Below, piece by piece: positions 18,560-26,169 of a stretch of DNA of 64,000 bases. The notes beneath the pieces were generated by a model. The model was not told where the DNA came from. It searched no databases and saw only the letters and a list, made by a program, of their open reading frames with translations. The DNA comes from an uncultured Salinisphaerales bacterium (GTDB taxonomy: Bacteria > Pseudomonadota > Gammaproteobacteria > Nevskiales > Nevskiaceae), in NCBI GenBank assembly GCA_964535755.1, contig CAZHTI010000001.1, positions 20,720 to 84,719 on the forward strand, in the 5' to 3' direction. Position 1 is the stretch's first letter; the number at the start of each line of letters is the position of its first letter. The translations under genes were made by a program, and so were the position numbers.

Positions 18560-19186
18560 CTAAAGCCCCAGCATGCTGACGTCGCCACGGCCTTGGCGCA
18601 CCAGTTCGGGCGCCTCGCCAGTCAGATCGATCACCGTGGTGGGCTCGATCCCGCAATCGCCAGCGTCGAGCACCAAATCCACCTGATGCTCCAGTTCGTG
18701 GCGCTCGTCCTCTGGGCAGCGCATCGGCTCATCGGCATCTGGCCATTGCAAGGTGCAGGAGATTAAGGGCTCGTCCAAAGCACCCAGCAATTGCTGACAC
18801 ACCGCGTGCTCCGGGATGCGAATACCAATGGTTTTGCGCTTCTCGTGGCTCAAGCGCTTGGGCAGCTCTTTGCTGGCCGGCAGGATGAAGGTGTAGGGGC
18901 CGGGGGTCAGCTGCTTGAGCAAGCGGAACTGCCAGTTATCAACCCGCGCCCAGCGCGCAATCTCAGATAAATCGCGGCAAACCAGCGTGAATTGATGGTG
19001 TTTATCAAAGCGGCGAATCCGGCGCAGGCGCTCAGCCGCCTCGCGGTCATCCAAGCGGACACCCAAGGCATAGCAGGAGTCCGTCGGGTAGGCGATGACG
19101 CCGCCTTTGCGCACGCAGTCCGCCGCCTTGGCGATATAGCGCGCTTGCGGCGTCACGGGGTGGAGCTCTAGCCATTCACAAGTCAT
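18560..19186 (-). CDS. Sua5/YciO/YrdC-family protein (L-threonylcarbamoyladenylate synthase-like)
   Basis: ATG at 19186 (M34 of the track ORF). Family motifs IAYPTDSCYALG and GPYTFILPA. Confidence 0.85.
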   Translation of the reverse strand: MTCEWLELHPVTPQARYIAKAADCVRKGGVIAYPTDSCYALGVRLDDREAAERLRRIRRFDKHHQFTLVCRDLSEIARWARVDNWQFRLLKQLTPGPYTFILPASKELPKRLSHEKRKTIGIRIPEHAVCQQLLGALDEPLISCTLQWPDADEPMRCPEDERHELEHQVDLVLDAGDCGIEPTTVIDLTGEAPELVRQGRGDVSMLGL

Positions 19187-19220
19187 CGAATAAGTGTGGC
19201 ACAAACCGCATAATGCTCGG

Positions 19221-19781
19221 ATGAAAATCCTGCTCGACTTAGTCCCCTTTATTGCATTCCTCGGCACTTGGAGCCAATTCGGCATCTACCCAGCGACCGC
19301 CGTGCTGATCATCACGCTCTGGATCGCCGTGGTGCTGGACTACTTCTTCGTCGGCAAGAAGCGCAACAACATGATGCTCGGCACTGCCGCCATCGCCACG
19401 GTGTTCGGCGTGTTGACACTGGTGCTGCGCAACGCGCTGTTCATCCACATCAAACCGACGGTGATTTTCGGCCTACAGGGTCTGGTGTTCTTAGGCAGCC
19501 ACTTCATCGGCGACAAGGTCATCTTGCAGCGCCTGATGGGCGCGCAAATCCCGATGCCGGAGGCGCAGTGGCGCCGCCTGAGCTTGGCTTGGGTTGCCTA
19601 TTCGTTCCTGATGGCCGCCATCAACCTCTACACCGCGCTGTTCTGCAGCGAGGAAGTCTGGGCCTGGACGCTGGGTGCGATCAAAATCAGTTTCATCCCC
19701 TTCCTCATCGCCCACTACCCCTTCGTCGCGCCGTATTTGCAGGATGCAGCGGCCAAGGACGCCGCGGAGCGCAAGAGCTAG
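19221..19781 (+). CDS. yciB: Intracellular septation protein A (YciB/IspZ)
   Basis: ATG at 19221. MKILLDLVPFIAFLGTW N-terminus and five hydrophobic helices typical of YciB. Followed by yciI- and bolA-like genes. Confidence 0.85.
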   Translation: MKILLDLVPFIAFLGTWSQFGIYPATAVLIITLWIAVVLDYFFVGKKRNNMMLGTAAIATVFGVLTLVLRNALFIHIKPTVIFGLQGLVFLGSHFIGDKVILQRLMGAQIPMPEAQWRRLSLAWVAYSFLMAAINLYTALFCSEEVWAWTLGAIKISFIPFLIAHYPFVAPYLQDAAAKDAAERKS

Positions 19782-19784
19782 CCC

Positions 19785-20087
19785 ATGCTCTACGTCATCA
19801 TGGGGCAGGAAAACCCACTCTCAGGAGCCGCCCGTAAAGCGACTCGCCCCGCGCACTTGGCCTATCTCAAAGCCTTGCAAGACCAAGGCCGCTTGGTGCT
19901 CGCAGGGCCAAGGCCCAAGGCCGACAGCGCCTCAGCACCTGAGGCCGGCTACCACGGCAGCTTGATCGTCGCCGAGTTCCCCGACCTCGCGACCGCGCAA
20001 GCATGGGCCGATCAAGACCCGTACCTGCGCGCTGGCGTGTTCAGCCGCGTGCTGGTGCAACCCTTCGTGCAGGTGCTGCCCGCATGA
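19785..20087 (+). CDS. YciI-family protein
   Basis: 100 aa. RPAHLAYLKALQDQGRLVLAGP ... DPYLRAGVF pattern of YciI-like proteins. Its stop overlaps the next ATG (ATGA at 20084). Confidence 0.8.
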   Translation: MLYVIMGQENPLSGAARKATRPAHLAYLKALQDQGRLVLAGPRPKADSASAPEAGYHGSLIVAEFPDLATAQAWADQDPYLRAGVFSRVLVQPFVQVLPA

Positions 20088-20359
20088 GCGCACAACTCGG
20101 CGACCCCGCCACCCGTGTCGCGCGCATCGAAGCCAAGCTGCGCGCAGCCTTTGCGCCCACTCGGTTGGAAGTCCACGACGACAGCGCTGCCCACAAAGGC
20201 CATGTCGGCGCGCTCACCGGCAAGGGGCACTTCCGTGTGCGGATCGAATCGCCCCAGCTCGCAGGGCTAAGCCTGATTGCCCGCCACCGCGCGGTGTACG
20301 CAGCACTGGCGGTGGAGATGGACGAAGACATTCACGCGCTGGCGCTTGAGGCGCGCTGA
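20084..20359 (+). CDS. BolA-family protein
   Basis: ATG at 20084 (M28 of the track ORF). LEVHDDSAAHKGH ... HFRVRIESPQLAGLSLIARHRAVY ... IHAL is BolA-like. Confidence 0.85.
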   Translation: MSAQLGDPATRVARIEAKLRAAFAPTRLEVHDDSAAHKGHVGALTGKGHFRVRIESPQLAGLSLIARHRAVYAALAVEMDEDIHALALEAR

Positions 20360-20443
20360 GGGCTAAGGGCTAGTGCTTGCTAGCCCCGTAGCGGCGTCCG
20401 CCGCCGGCCTCAATTTACGGCCGTGTATCAGCGCGGCGACTTG

Positions 20444-21343
20444 CTACTGGCGTAAGCATCGCTCGGAGAACTCCCAAAGCCGACGCGCCACTGCCGTGTT
20501 GCTGGCCTCGGCGGATCGCTTGCTGGGGCGGCAGTGGGAAAAGTATCCGCCGGCAATCTCTGCCGCGGGCTCATGGGTCGCACACAGGACGCTGGTTGCC
20601 GCCCCCTGGTTTGGGGCCTTGGTGACTGGGCTTGCGAGCCAAAAAGCGAAGCGGGTTAAAGCCGAGCCTGCTCCGAAATTGGTGGTCACCAAATTGCCGG
20701 GGTGCACCGCGCAGGCGGTCAAGCCTTGAGCGCCGTAACGCTGCTGCAACTCAAGCGCCATTAAGGCATTACACAGTTTGGCCTGACCATAGGCATTGAA
20801 CGCCGTGATGCGGTTCTGCCGCTTAGCCCGCAAGAGATTGTCGAAGTCCAGCTTGCGCGGATATTTGTGCGAGTCGCTCGACACCACGACGACGCGCGGT
20901 GCTGGTGCCGCAAGCAGCTTGGGCAGCAAGGCTTTGGTGAGTTGGAAATGGCCCAGATGGCAGACCGCCACGGTGCGCTCGATGCCAGTTTCCGTGGTCG
21001 CGTAGGTCATGGACATAGAGCCGCCGTTGCAGATCAGGATGTCCAATTGCGTAATGCTGGCAGCGCAGGCCTCAATGCTCTTCGGCGAGGCCAAATCCAG
21101 CGCGACCAAGGAAAGCTGTGCGCTAGGGTGCGCCTGACGAATGTCCTTAATCGCCTGCGCCCCTAAAGACGCATTGCGACACCCCAACAGCACATGGGCA
21201 CCGGCAGCCGCGAGAGACCGGGCAGTCTCAAAACCAATGCCGCTATTGGCCCCGGTGACCAACACCACTTTGCCGGAGAGGTCTTTGCCCTCCAGCACGT
21301 CGTCAGCAGTGCTGTTGCCGTTGAATCGCCAAGAGTTAGTCAT
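20444..21343 (-). CDS. Short-chain dehydrogenase/reductase (SDR), retinol-dehydrogenase-like
   Basis: 299 aa. TGANSGIG cofactor motif, NGG, and catalytic YGQAK (YxxxK). Confidence 0.85.
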   Translation of the reverse strand: MTNSWRFNGNSTADDVLEGKDLSGKVVLVTGANSGIGFETARSLAAAGAHVLLGCRNASLGAQAIKDIRQAHPSAQLSLVALDLASPKSIEACAASITQLDILICNGGSMSMTYATTETGIERTVAVCHLGHFQLTKALLPKLLAAPAPRVVVVSSDSHKYPRKLDFDNLLRAKRQNRITAFNAYGQAKLCNALMALELQQRYGAQGLTACAVHPGNLVTTNFGAGSALTRFAFWLASPVTKAPNQGAATSVLCATHEPAAEIAGGYFSHCRPSKRSAEASNTAVARRLWEFSERCLRQ

Positions 21344-21393
21344 CAGTTATTCCTTTAGAGCATTTTTTGCTCAAGAGCAGGCATCGAATCGTC

Positions 21394-21482
21394 GTCATCC
21401 CCGCGAAGGCGGGGATCCAGCTTTTCCTTCAGATCAACGGTTCTGTGAGGGAAAACTGGATTCCCGCCTGCGCGGGAATGAC
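21394..21482. repeat. Inverted pair of dRS3-like 27-bp units (MITE-like, non-coding)
   Basis: 21394-21420 gtcatccccgcgaaggcggggatccag. 21456-21482 ctggattcccgcctgcgcgggaatgac, whose reverse complement is gtcattcccgcgcaggcgggaatccag. The two are 35 bp apart and each has an internal 8-bp palindrome. Confidence 0.75.
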
Positions 21483-21639
21483 AGGTTCACAAACAGGTAC
21501 TTGAACCAAAGTTGCTCTAGCTGCGAAAACACTTCAAATACCAGTGCACGGCAGGTTTGCGTGTGATGCTGCCGACAGCGCCTGTGCGCATAAAGATTGC
21601 ATCAGACCTAGAGAGCGCACACCGACCCAAAACAGTGAC

Positions 21640-22098
21640 CTAACCCGCGGCGACTTCCTGCTGGCGCACGACGCGGGCGTATTTGTCGAGCACGCCATTG
21701 ACGTACTTAAAACCCTCTTCCGAGCCGAACAATTTCGCCAAGTTGACGCACTCGTTGACGATCACGCGCCAGGGTACGGATGGCTGATTCGCCAGCTCAT
21801 AGGCCCCAAGCAGCAGGATGGCGTGCTCGACGGGGTCTAGCTGAGCGAGCGGGCGGTCAAGGTGCGGGATCAGTGCCAGCGTGAGTGGCTGAGCTTGCTC
21901 GACAGTGCCGCAGAGCAGCTCTTCAAAATAGGCCGGGTCGGCACGGCCTAGACCATCCTCTTGCTCGCGAAATTGCCGCATCAGCACTTCTGGCGGCGTG
22001 GTGTTGACCAGCCACTGATACAGCGCTTGCGCGGTGACGCGGCGGGCTAGGCCGCGCTTGCTAAAGGCAGGGTTGGGGACGTGCGGGGTATCGCTCAT
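21640..22098 (-). CDS. nusB: Transcription antitermination factor NusB
   Basis: ATG at 22098 overlapping the ribH stop (ATGA). RRVTAQALYQW...ILLLGAYEL...VNECVNLAKLFG typical of NusB. Confidence 0.9.
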   Translation of the reverse strand: MSDTPHVPNPAFSKRGLARRVTAQALYQWLVNTTPPEVLMRQFREQEDGLGRADPAYFEELLCGTVEQAQPLTLALIPHLDRPLAQLDPVEHAILLLGAYELANQPSVPWRVIVNECVNLAKLFGSEEGFKYVNGVLDKYARVVRQQEVAAG

Positions 22099-22592
22099 GC
22101 TTGCGCCTCGGGTGCCAATTCGCGGGTGAGCTTGAGCATTTCCAGCACTGCCTCGGCGCACTCGTAGCCCTTATTGCCCTTGCCGGGTGCTGCGCGCTCT
22201 TTGGCTTGCTCAAAGGTGTTGACGGTGAGCACGCCAAAGCCGACGGGGGCGGAGTTGGTGAGCTGCACGTCCATCAGGCCACGGGCGCATTCACCGGCCA
22301 CGAAGTCAAAGTGCGGTGTATCGCCACGAATCACCGCGCCTAGTGCGACAACGGCATCGAAGTACCCCGATTCCAGTGCTGCGGAGGCAGCCAGCGGTAG
22401 CTCGTAAGCGCCGGGGGCGCGGAACAGCTCGACATTGCCTTCCGGCACGCCGTAATCCCGCAGGCATTCGCGCGCGCCTTGCACTAAGGCATCAACGATA
22501 TCGACATTCCAACGCGTGGCGAGCAGAGCAATGCGCGCGTCCTTGAAGTCTTTCTTGTTCGGGGCGGCAGGTGCTTGGTAGCCAGATTTCAT
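22095..22592 (-). CDS. ribH: 6,7-dimethyl-8-ribityllumazine synthase
   Basis: ATG at 22592 (M25 of the track ORF; the upstream part of the ORF is only a read-through of the heptamer repeats). RIALLATRWN, GAYELP, ALGAVIRGDTPHFDFV lumazine synthase motifs. Confidence 0.93.
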   Translation of the reverse strand: MKSGYQAPAAPNKKDFKDARIALLATRWNVDIVDALVQGARECLRDYGVPEGNVELFRAPGAYELPLAASAALESGYFDAVVALGAVIRGDTPHFDFVAGECARGLMDVQLTNSAPVGFGVLTVNTFEQAKERAAPGKGNKGYECAEAVLEMLKLTRELAPEAQA

Positions 22593-22603
22593 GATTTTTT
22601 GGA

Positions 22604-22724
22604 CGTGGGACGTGGGAAGTGGGGCGTCGGGCGTGGGACGTGGGATGTGGGACGAGAGAATCAAGCCGCAGATTTCAGCGCGGCAGGGATTTTACGCCCC
22701 ACATCCCACGCCCTACATCCCACG
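22604..22724. repeat. Heptamer arrays in inverted orientation: (NGTGGGA)x7 and (TCCCACN)x4 with a 44-nt spacer
   Basis: 22604-22652: cgtggga cgtggga agtgggg cgtcggg cgtggga cgtggga tgtggga. 22697-22724: ccccaca tcccacg ccctaca tcccacg. Located in the ribBA-ribH intercistronic region. Confidence 0.85.
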
Positions 22725-22729
22725 GCTTT

Positions 22730-24109
22730 TCAATCACAGGGCACATATTCGACGACTTCCAGCCCGAAGCCAGAAATCCCCTGCATGCGCTTGGGCGCTG
22801 ACAGCACGCGCATCTTGCGCACGCCCAAGTCGCTCAGGATTTGCGCGCCTAGGCCGTAGGTGCGGAGCACCGGGCCGGTGGTTTCGTGCACTTCATCCGG
22901 CTTGTTGAGGCCGACGATTTGCTGGAGCAACTCTCTCGGGCTCTCGGGCTTGCGCAGCAGCACCACCACACCCGCACCCTCCTCGGCAATGCGCTGCAGG
23001 GCGCGGCGCACCGGCCAAGAGAAGTCGCCGTGCTGCACGCCGAGCACGTCCTGCAGCATGTTGCGAATGTGCACGCGCACCAGCGTCGGTTGGCTCATGG
23101 AGATCGAGCCTTTCACCATCGCCAAATGCACGGTGTTATCGACGGTGTCTTGATAGGTCACCAAGCGGAACTCGCCGAACTCGGTCTGCACATGCGTTTC
23201 GGCGACGCGCTCAACACTGTGCTCGTTGTCGAGGCGGTAGCGGATGAGGTCAGCAATGGTGCCGATCTTCAATCCGTGCTCGGCAGCGAAGACTTCTAAA
23301 TCCGGCCGCCGCGCCATGGTGCCGTCGTCTTTCAAAATCTCGCAGATGACTGCCGCCGGCGTGCGGCCCGCCATGCGCGCCAAGTCGCAGCCTGCTTCGG
23401 TGTGGCCAGCGCGGGTTAGCACGCCGCCAGGCTGGGCCATGAGCGGGAAGATGTGGCCCGGCTGGACAACGTCCTCGGGCTTGGCATCGGCCTTCACCGC
23501 GGTGCGCACGGTATGGGCGCGGTCGTGGGCGGATATACCCGTCGTCACACCTTGCGCGGCTTCAATGCTGACCGTGAAGTTGGTACCAAAGCCCGAGCCG
23601 TTATCGCTGACCATCAATGGCAGGCGCAGATTGCGGCATTTTTCTTGGGTCAGCGTCAGGCAGACCAAGCCGCGGCCAAAGCGCGCCATGAAGTTGATGT
23701 CCTCAGGGCGCACGGTGTCGGCGCACATCAGCAAGTCGCCCTCGTTCTCGCGATCTTCGTCATCCATCAGGATGATCATGCGCCCTGCTTTGAGGTCGGC
23801 GATGAGCTCTGGGATGGTGTTGAGGCCAGTGGCTGGCGCTGCGGCGGCGGGTTTGGCTTTGCTGCTGGCATCGGCGCTGAAGTCAGCGACGCTGCCGCCG
23901 AGTTCAGGTAAGTCCATCGCACCGGCAGGCAGGGCGAAGGCAGTCTCGATCCGGCGGGCGACGATATCGCCCATGCCTTTATCCAAGGTCGCCATCTGGC
24001 TGACGTGGGCGGGGGAGAGCCCTACCCGCTCCGCCAATTGCGCCTGCTGGCCGCTTTGATCGATGAGTAGACGAAGGTTATCCCGACGAAACTGCTTCAC
24101 TCCGGCCAT
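22730..24109 (-). CDS. ribB: 3,4-dihydroxy-2-butanone-4-phosphate synthase with degenerate GTP-cyclohydrolase-II-like C-terminus and an apparent N-terminal Cro/CI-type HTH domain
   Basis: ATG at 24109 with GGGAG 5 nt upstream (the track start at 24121 is TTG). RibB core GRMIILMDDEDRENEGDL ... TVSIEA ... HIFPL. The C-terminal half aligns to GCHII but lacks the zinc Cys cluster. The first ~65 aa read as an HTH (QAQLAERVGLSPAHVSQM...IVARRIETAFALPAGAMD). Confidence 0.88.
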   Translation of the reverse strand: MAGVKQFRRDNLRLLIDQSGQQAQLAERVGLSPAHVSQMATLDKGMGDIVARRIETAFALPAGAMDLPELGGSVADFSADASSKAKPAAAAPATGLNTIPELIADLKAGRMIILMDDEDRENEGDLLMCADTVRPEDINFMARFGRGLVCLTLTQEKCRNLRLPLMVSDNGSGFGTNFTVSIEAAQGVTTGISAHDRAHTVRTAVKADAKPEDVVQPGHIFPLMAQPGGVLTRAGHTEAGCDLARMAGRTPAAVICEILKDDGTMARRPDLEVFAAEHGLKIGTIADLIRYRLDNEHSVERVAETHVQTEFGEFRLVTYQDTVDNTVHLAMVKGSISMSQPTLVRVHIRNMLQDVLGVQHGDFSWPVRRALQRIAEEGAGVVVLLRKPESPRELLQQIVGLNKPDEVHETTGPVLRTYGLGAQILSDLGVRKMRVLSAPKRMQGISGFGLEVVEYVPCD

Positions 24110-24130
24110 GGCCGCTCCCAACGTACGATT

Positions 24131-24151
24131 GCATTAGCGGATTGCTAATGC
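24131..24151. promoter_or_regulatory. Inverted repeat GCATTAGC-N5-GCTAATGC immediately upstream of the HTH-ribB start (candidate operator)
   Basis: 8-bp perfect arms at 24131-24138 and 24144-24151. A third half-site gctaatgc lies at 24196-24203. On the minus strand no T-run follows, so it is not a classic terminator. Confidence 0.35.
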
Positions 24152-24205
24152 CACGCAGTTTAATGGCGGCCGCGACAGATTGCGATGCACGTCGCGCTAA
24201 TGCAG

Positions 24206-24688
24206 CTACCCGTGAATTGCCGCATCGGCGACGACGATGCCGTCGGCATCGGCATAGAGCCATGCTCCGGGGGCGAAGCGCACACCTGCAAATTGCAGCA
24301 CCCGCCCAGCTTGGGCGCTGTGCAGGCCCTTCTCACTCTTCTTGGGATGGCTGCCGAGCGCCTTTATGCCAACAGCCTGCGCGCCCAACTCGCCGACATC
24401 CCGCACATAGCCATACACGACGATGCCCGCCCAATGGTTCTTGACCGCCAACTCGCCCAACTGCCCGCCGACTAGGGCGCAGCGGATGGAGCCACCGCCA
24501 TCTACCACCAGCACCCTGCCCTCGCCCGGGGTCTCTAACGCCGCTCGGACTTGGGCGTTGTCTTCGAAGACCTTCAGCGTATGGATGGGGCCGAAGAACT
24601 CGGTTTTGCCGCCGAAGTCTCGGAACATAGGCTCCGCGACTTGGGCTTCAGGGTGGGCGTCGGAGAGGTCAGTGGTGGCAGTGGACAT
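24206..24688 (-). CDS. rraA: RraA-family protein (RNase E regulator / 4-hydroxy-4-methyl-2-oxoglutarate aldolase family)
   Basis: ATG at 24688 (M74 of the track ORF). 160 aa with [22 protein letters not shown] and [12 protein letters not shown] typical of RraA. Confidence 0.85.
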   Translation of the reverse strand: MSTATTDLSDAHPEAQVAEPMFRDFGGKTEFFGPIHTLKVFEDNAQVRAALETPGEGRVLVVDGGGSIRCALVGGQLGELAVKNHWAGIVVYGYVRDVGELGAQAVGIKALGSHPKKSEKGLHSAQAGRVLQFAGVRFAPGAWLYADADGIVVADAAIHG

Positions 24689-24792
24689 ATTCGGGTCGTG
24701 CAATTTGCTGTGGAAAGTAGGGTGCGCGGAGATACCAATTAATGCGAACTGCCGGTAGGGATTGATCCAAGAAGCAGGGTGAGCTTCAACCC

Positions 24793-24820
24793 GTAGGGGC
24801 AAGGCATGCCTTGCCCATAC
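24793..24820. repeat. REP-like 28-bp palindrome, copy C
   Basis: gtaggggcaaggcatgccttgcccatac, one arm mismatch. Lies 31 nt downstream of the dsbB stop. Confidence 0.8.
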
Positions 24821-24851
24821 CCGCCTTGCCCTTGCCAAAAATGCTTTGCCC

Positions 24852-25364
24852 CTAAGCCTCGCGGCGCGCAAGCAGCGGCATGGCAATGGCCCAGAGCGTG
24901 AAGCCAATAAAGGCCACCATGGTCCAAAACGGCAGGCTTTGGCCTAAAAACAGCCAGTCAATTTTCGCGCAGTTGCCGTCGCCCTTGAGAATGGTGGTGA
25001 CGACGTCTTTCATTGGCATCATGTCCATGAGGTAGTCAAGTGTCGGGCCGCAGGCGGGGCGTTGATCTTCCGGCAGGCCTTGCAGCCAGACGTGGCGGCC
25101 AGCGATGGCAGCACCGATCATGCTGGCATCGGCGGCGATCACGGCGTACACCCAGCGCCACGCCTTCGTGACCGGCGCATGCAGCGCGGCCACCGCAAAC
25201 ACGATGCCCGCTGCGAGCATCGCCACGCGTTGGAAGATACACATTGGGCAGGGCTCTAGGCCCAGTACCTTCTGGAAGTAGAACACCGCCATCGCTAAGC
25301 CAGCCACGCAGCCGAGCGCGCCAAGCCCAGCGAGTTGCCGGTAAGAAAGAGTGCGGATGTTCAT
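24852..25364 (-). CDS. dsbB: Disulfide bond formation protein B
   Basis: 170 aa, four TM helices. First periplasmic loop CPMCIFQR (CxxC) and a second Cys pair in the large loop. Its ATG overlaps the vapC stop (ATGA at 25361-25364). Confidence 0.85.
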   Translation of the reverse strand: MNIRTLSYRQLAGLGALGCVAGLAMAVFYFQKVLGLEPCPMCIFQRVAMLAAGIVFAVAALHAPVTKAWRWVYAVIAADASMIGAAIAGRHVWLQGLPEDQRPACGPTLDYLMDMMPMKDVVTTILKGDGNCAKIDWLFLGQSLPFWTMVAFIGFTLWAIAMPLLARREA

Positions 25365-25744
25365 CGAATAACCTCAATAGTGAGTTCAGGAATTAGCGGC
25401 AGTTGCGCCCAAATACGGTCTGCCGTCCAAGCCGGCGCGGCAAGTCTGTGCGCGAGTGCCAAGCAGGCCAGATCCCCCAAGGAGAGCCCAAAGCTGCGGG
25501 TGCGCGGGTACCAGCGCGCCATCAGTATGAGATCAGCGTCGTCCAGACTCTGGAACCCCAACCCGAGTTCCTGCAGCGCCGGCAAAAGCTCCTCGGGCTG
25601 AAAGCCGCGTTGACAGAGCTTTTGCAGCACCTCGGCGAGGTTCACCCGGCTGATCTGCGCGCCGTCCAACACCGCCGCCACGCGCTCGGCTCCCGGCTCG
25701 TTTTGCAGCAGGGCGAGCACGGCGGAGGCATCCAACACCACCAT
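25361..25744 (-). CDS. vapC: Type II toxin VapC (PIN-domain ribonuclease)
   Basis: 127 aa. N-terminal MVVLDASAVLALL with the PIN acidic residue, later SLGDLACLALA. Preceded by an overlapping antitoxin gene. Confidence 0.85.
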   Translation of the reverse strand: MVVLDASAVLALLQNEPGAERVAAVLDGAQISRVNLAEVLQKLCQRGFQPEELLPALQELGLGFQSLDDADLILMARWYPRTRSFGLSLGDLACLALAHRLAAPAWTADRIWAQLPLIPELTIEVIR

Positions 25745-26028
25745 CAGCGCGGCTCAGGCTCGTGCAGGCTGTAGCCCTCTCTGGCGGCCTCGGCGCGGCG
25801 TTCGCGCAGGAGTTCGTCCGCAAGACTCATGCCGCCCGTCAGCGCAGCTACGCGAGCTTGCAGGCGTTGCAGACGGTGGCTGCGGCTCTCCAACAGCAGA
25901 CGGCCCTGCTCAATCGCCAGCACCAAGTCGTCACCTGGCTTGAGGTCTAGTGCGTCGCGAATAGCTGCGGGTATCACCAAGCGGCCCTGAGGGCCTAGCT
26001 TGACCTGATGCGCGGTGCTGGTTGTCAT
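25744..26028 (-). CDS. vapB: Type II antitoxin VapB (AbrB/MazE/SpoVT-type)
   Basis: ATG at 26028 (M27 of the track ORF). VKLGPQGRLVIPAAIRDALDLKPGDDLVL is a SpoVT/AbrB swapped-hairpin motif. 1-nt overlap (TGATG) with vapC. Confidence 0.8.
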   Translation of the reverse strand: MTTSTAHQVKLGPQGRLVIPAAIRDALDLKPGDDLVLAIEQGRLLLESRSHRLQRLQARVAALTGGMSLADELLRERRAEAAREGYSLHEPEPR

Positions 26029-26169
26029 GGTCGATTGCCTATAAGGCGCTTGGGTGCCTATTTTGTCACCCAGTGGCACGGGTTGCAACAAGTGCCATCT
26101 GCGCAATTATGGGCACGAAACTGGACGGCCCACCCCGCACAGACACCCAGCCACGCGCCCCGCCGAACG

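Noticed and set aside
21141-21566. 141-aa ORF spanning the SDR start and the dRS3-like repeats
   Set aside because: Its middle is simply the translation of the repeat units (HPREGGDP..., DSRLRGNDR), and it overlaps the SDR gene antisense. Treated as an artefact.
22604-22724. Possible CRISPR array
   Set aside because: The units are 7 nt with no spacers, there are only two short blocks, and no cas genes are nearby. This is a microsatellite-like repeat, not a CRISPR array.
22575-22908. Three small plus-strand ORFs across the heptamer arrays
   Set aside because: They are translations of the tandem heptamers (GRGKWGVGRGTWDVG...) and run antisense into ribB. Non-coding repeat is the better explanation.
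24110-24205. FMN (RFN) riboswitch upstream of ribB
   Set aside because: Only ~96 nt are available, and I could not find the conserved RFN core segments by eye. A covariance-model scan (Rfam RF00050) would be decisive.
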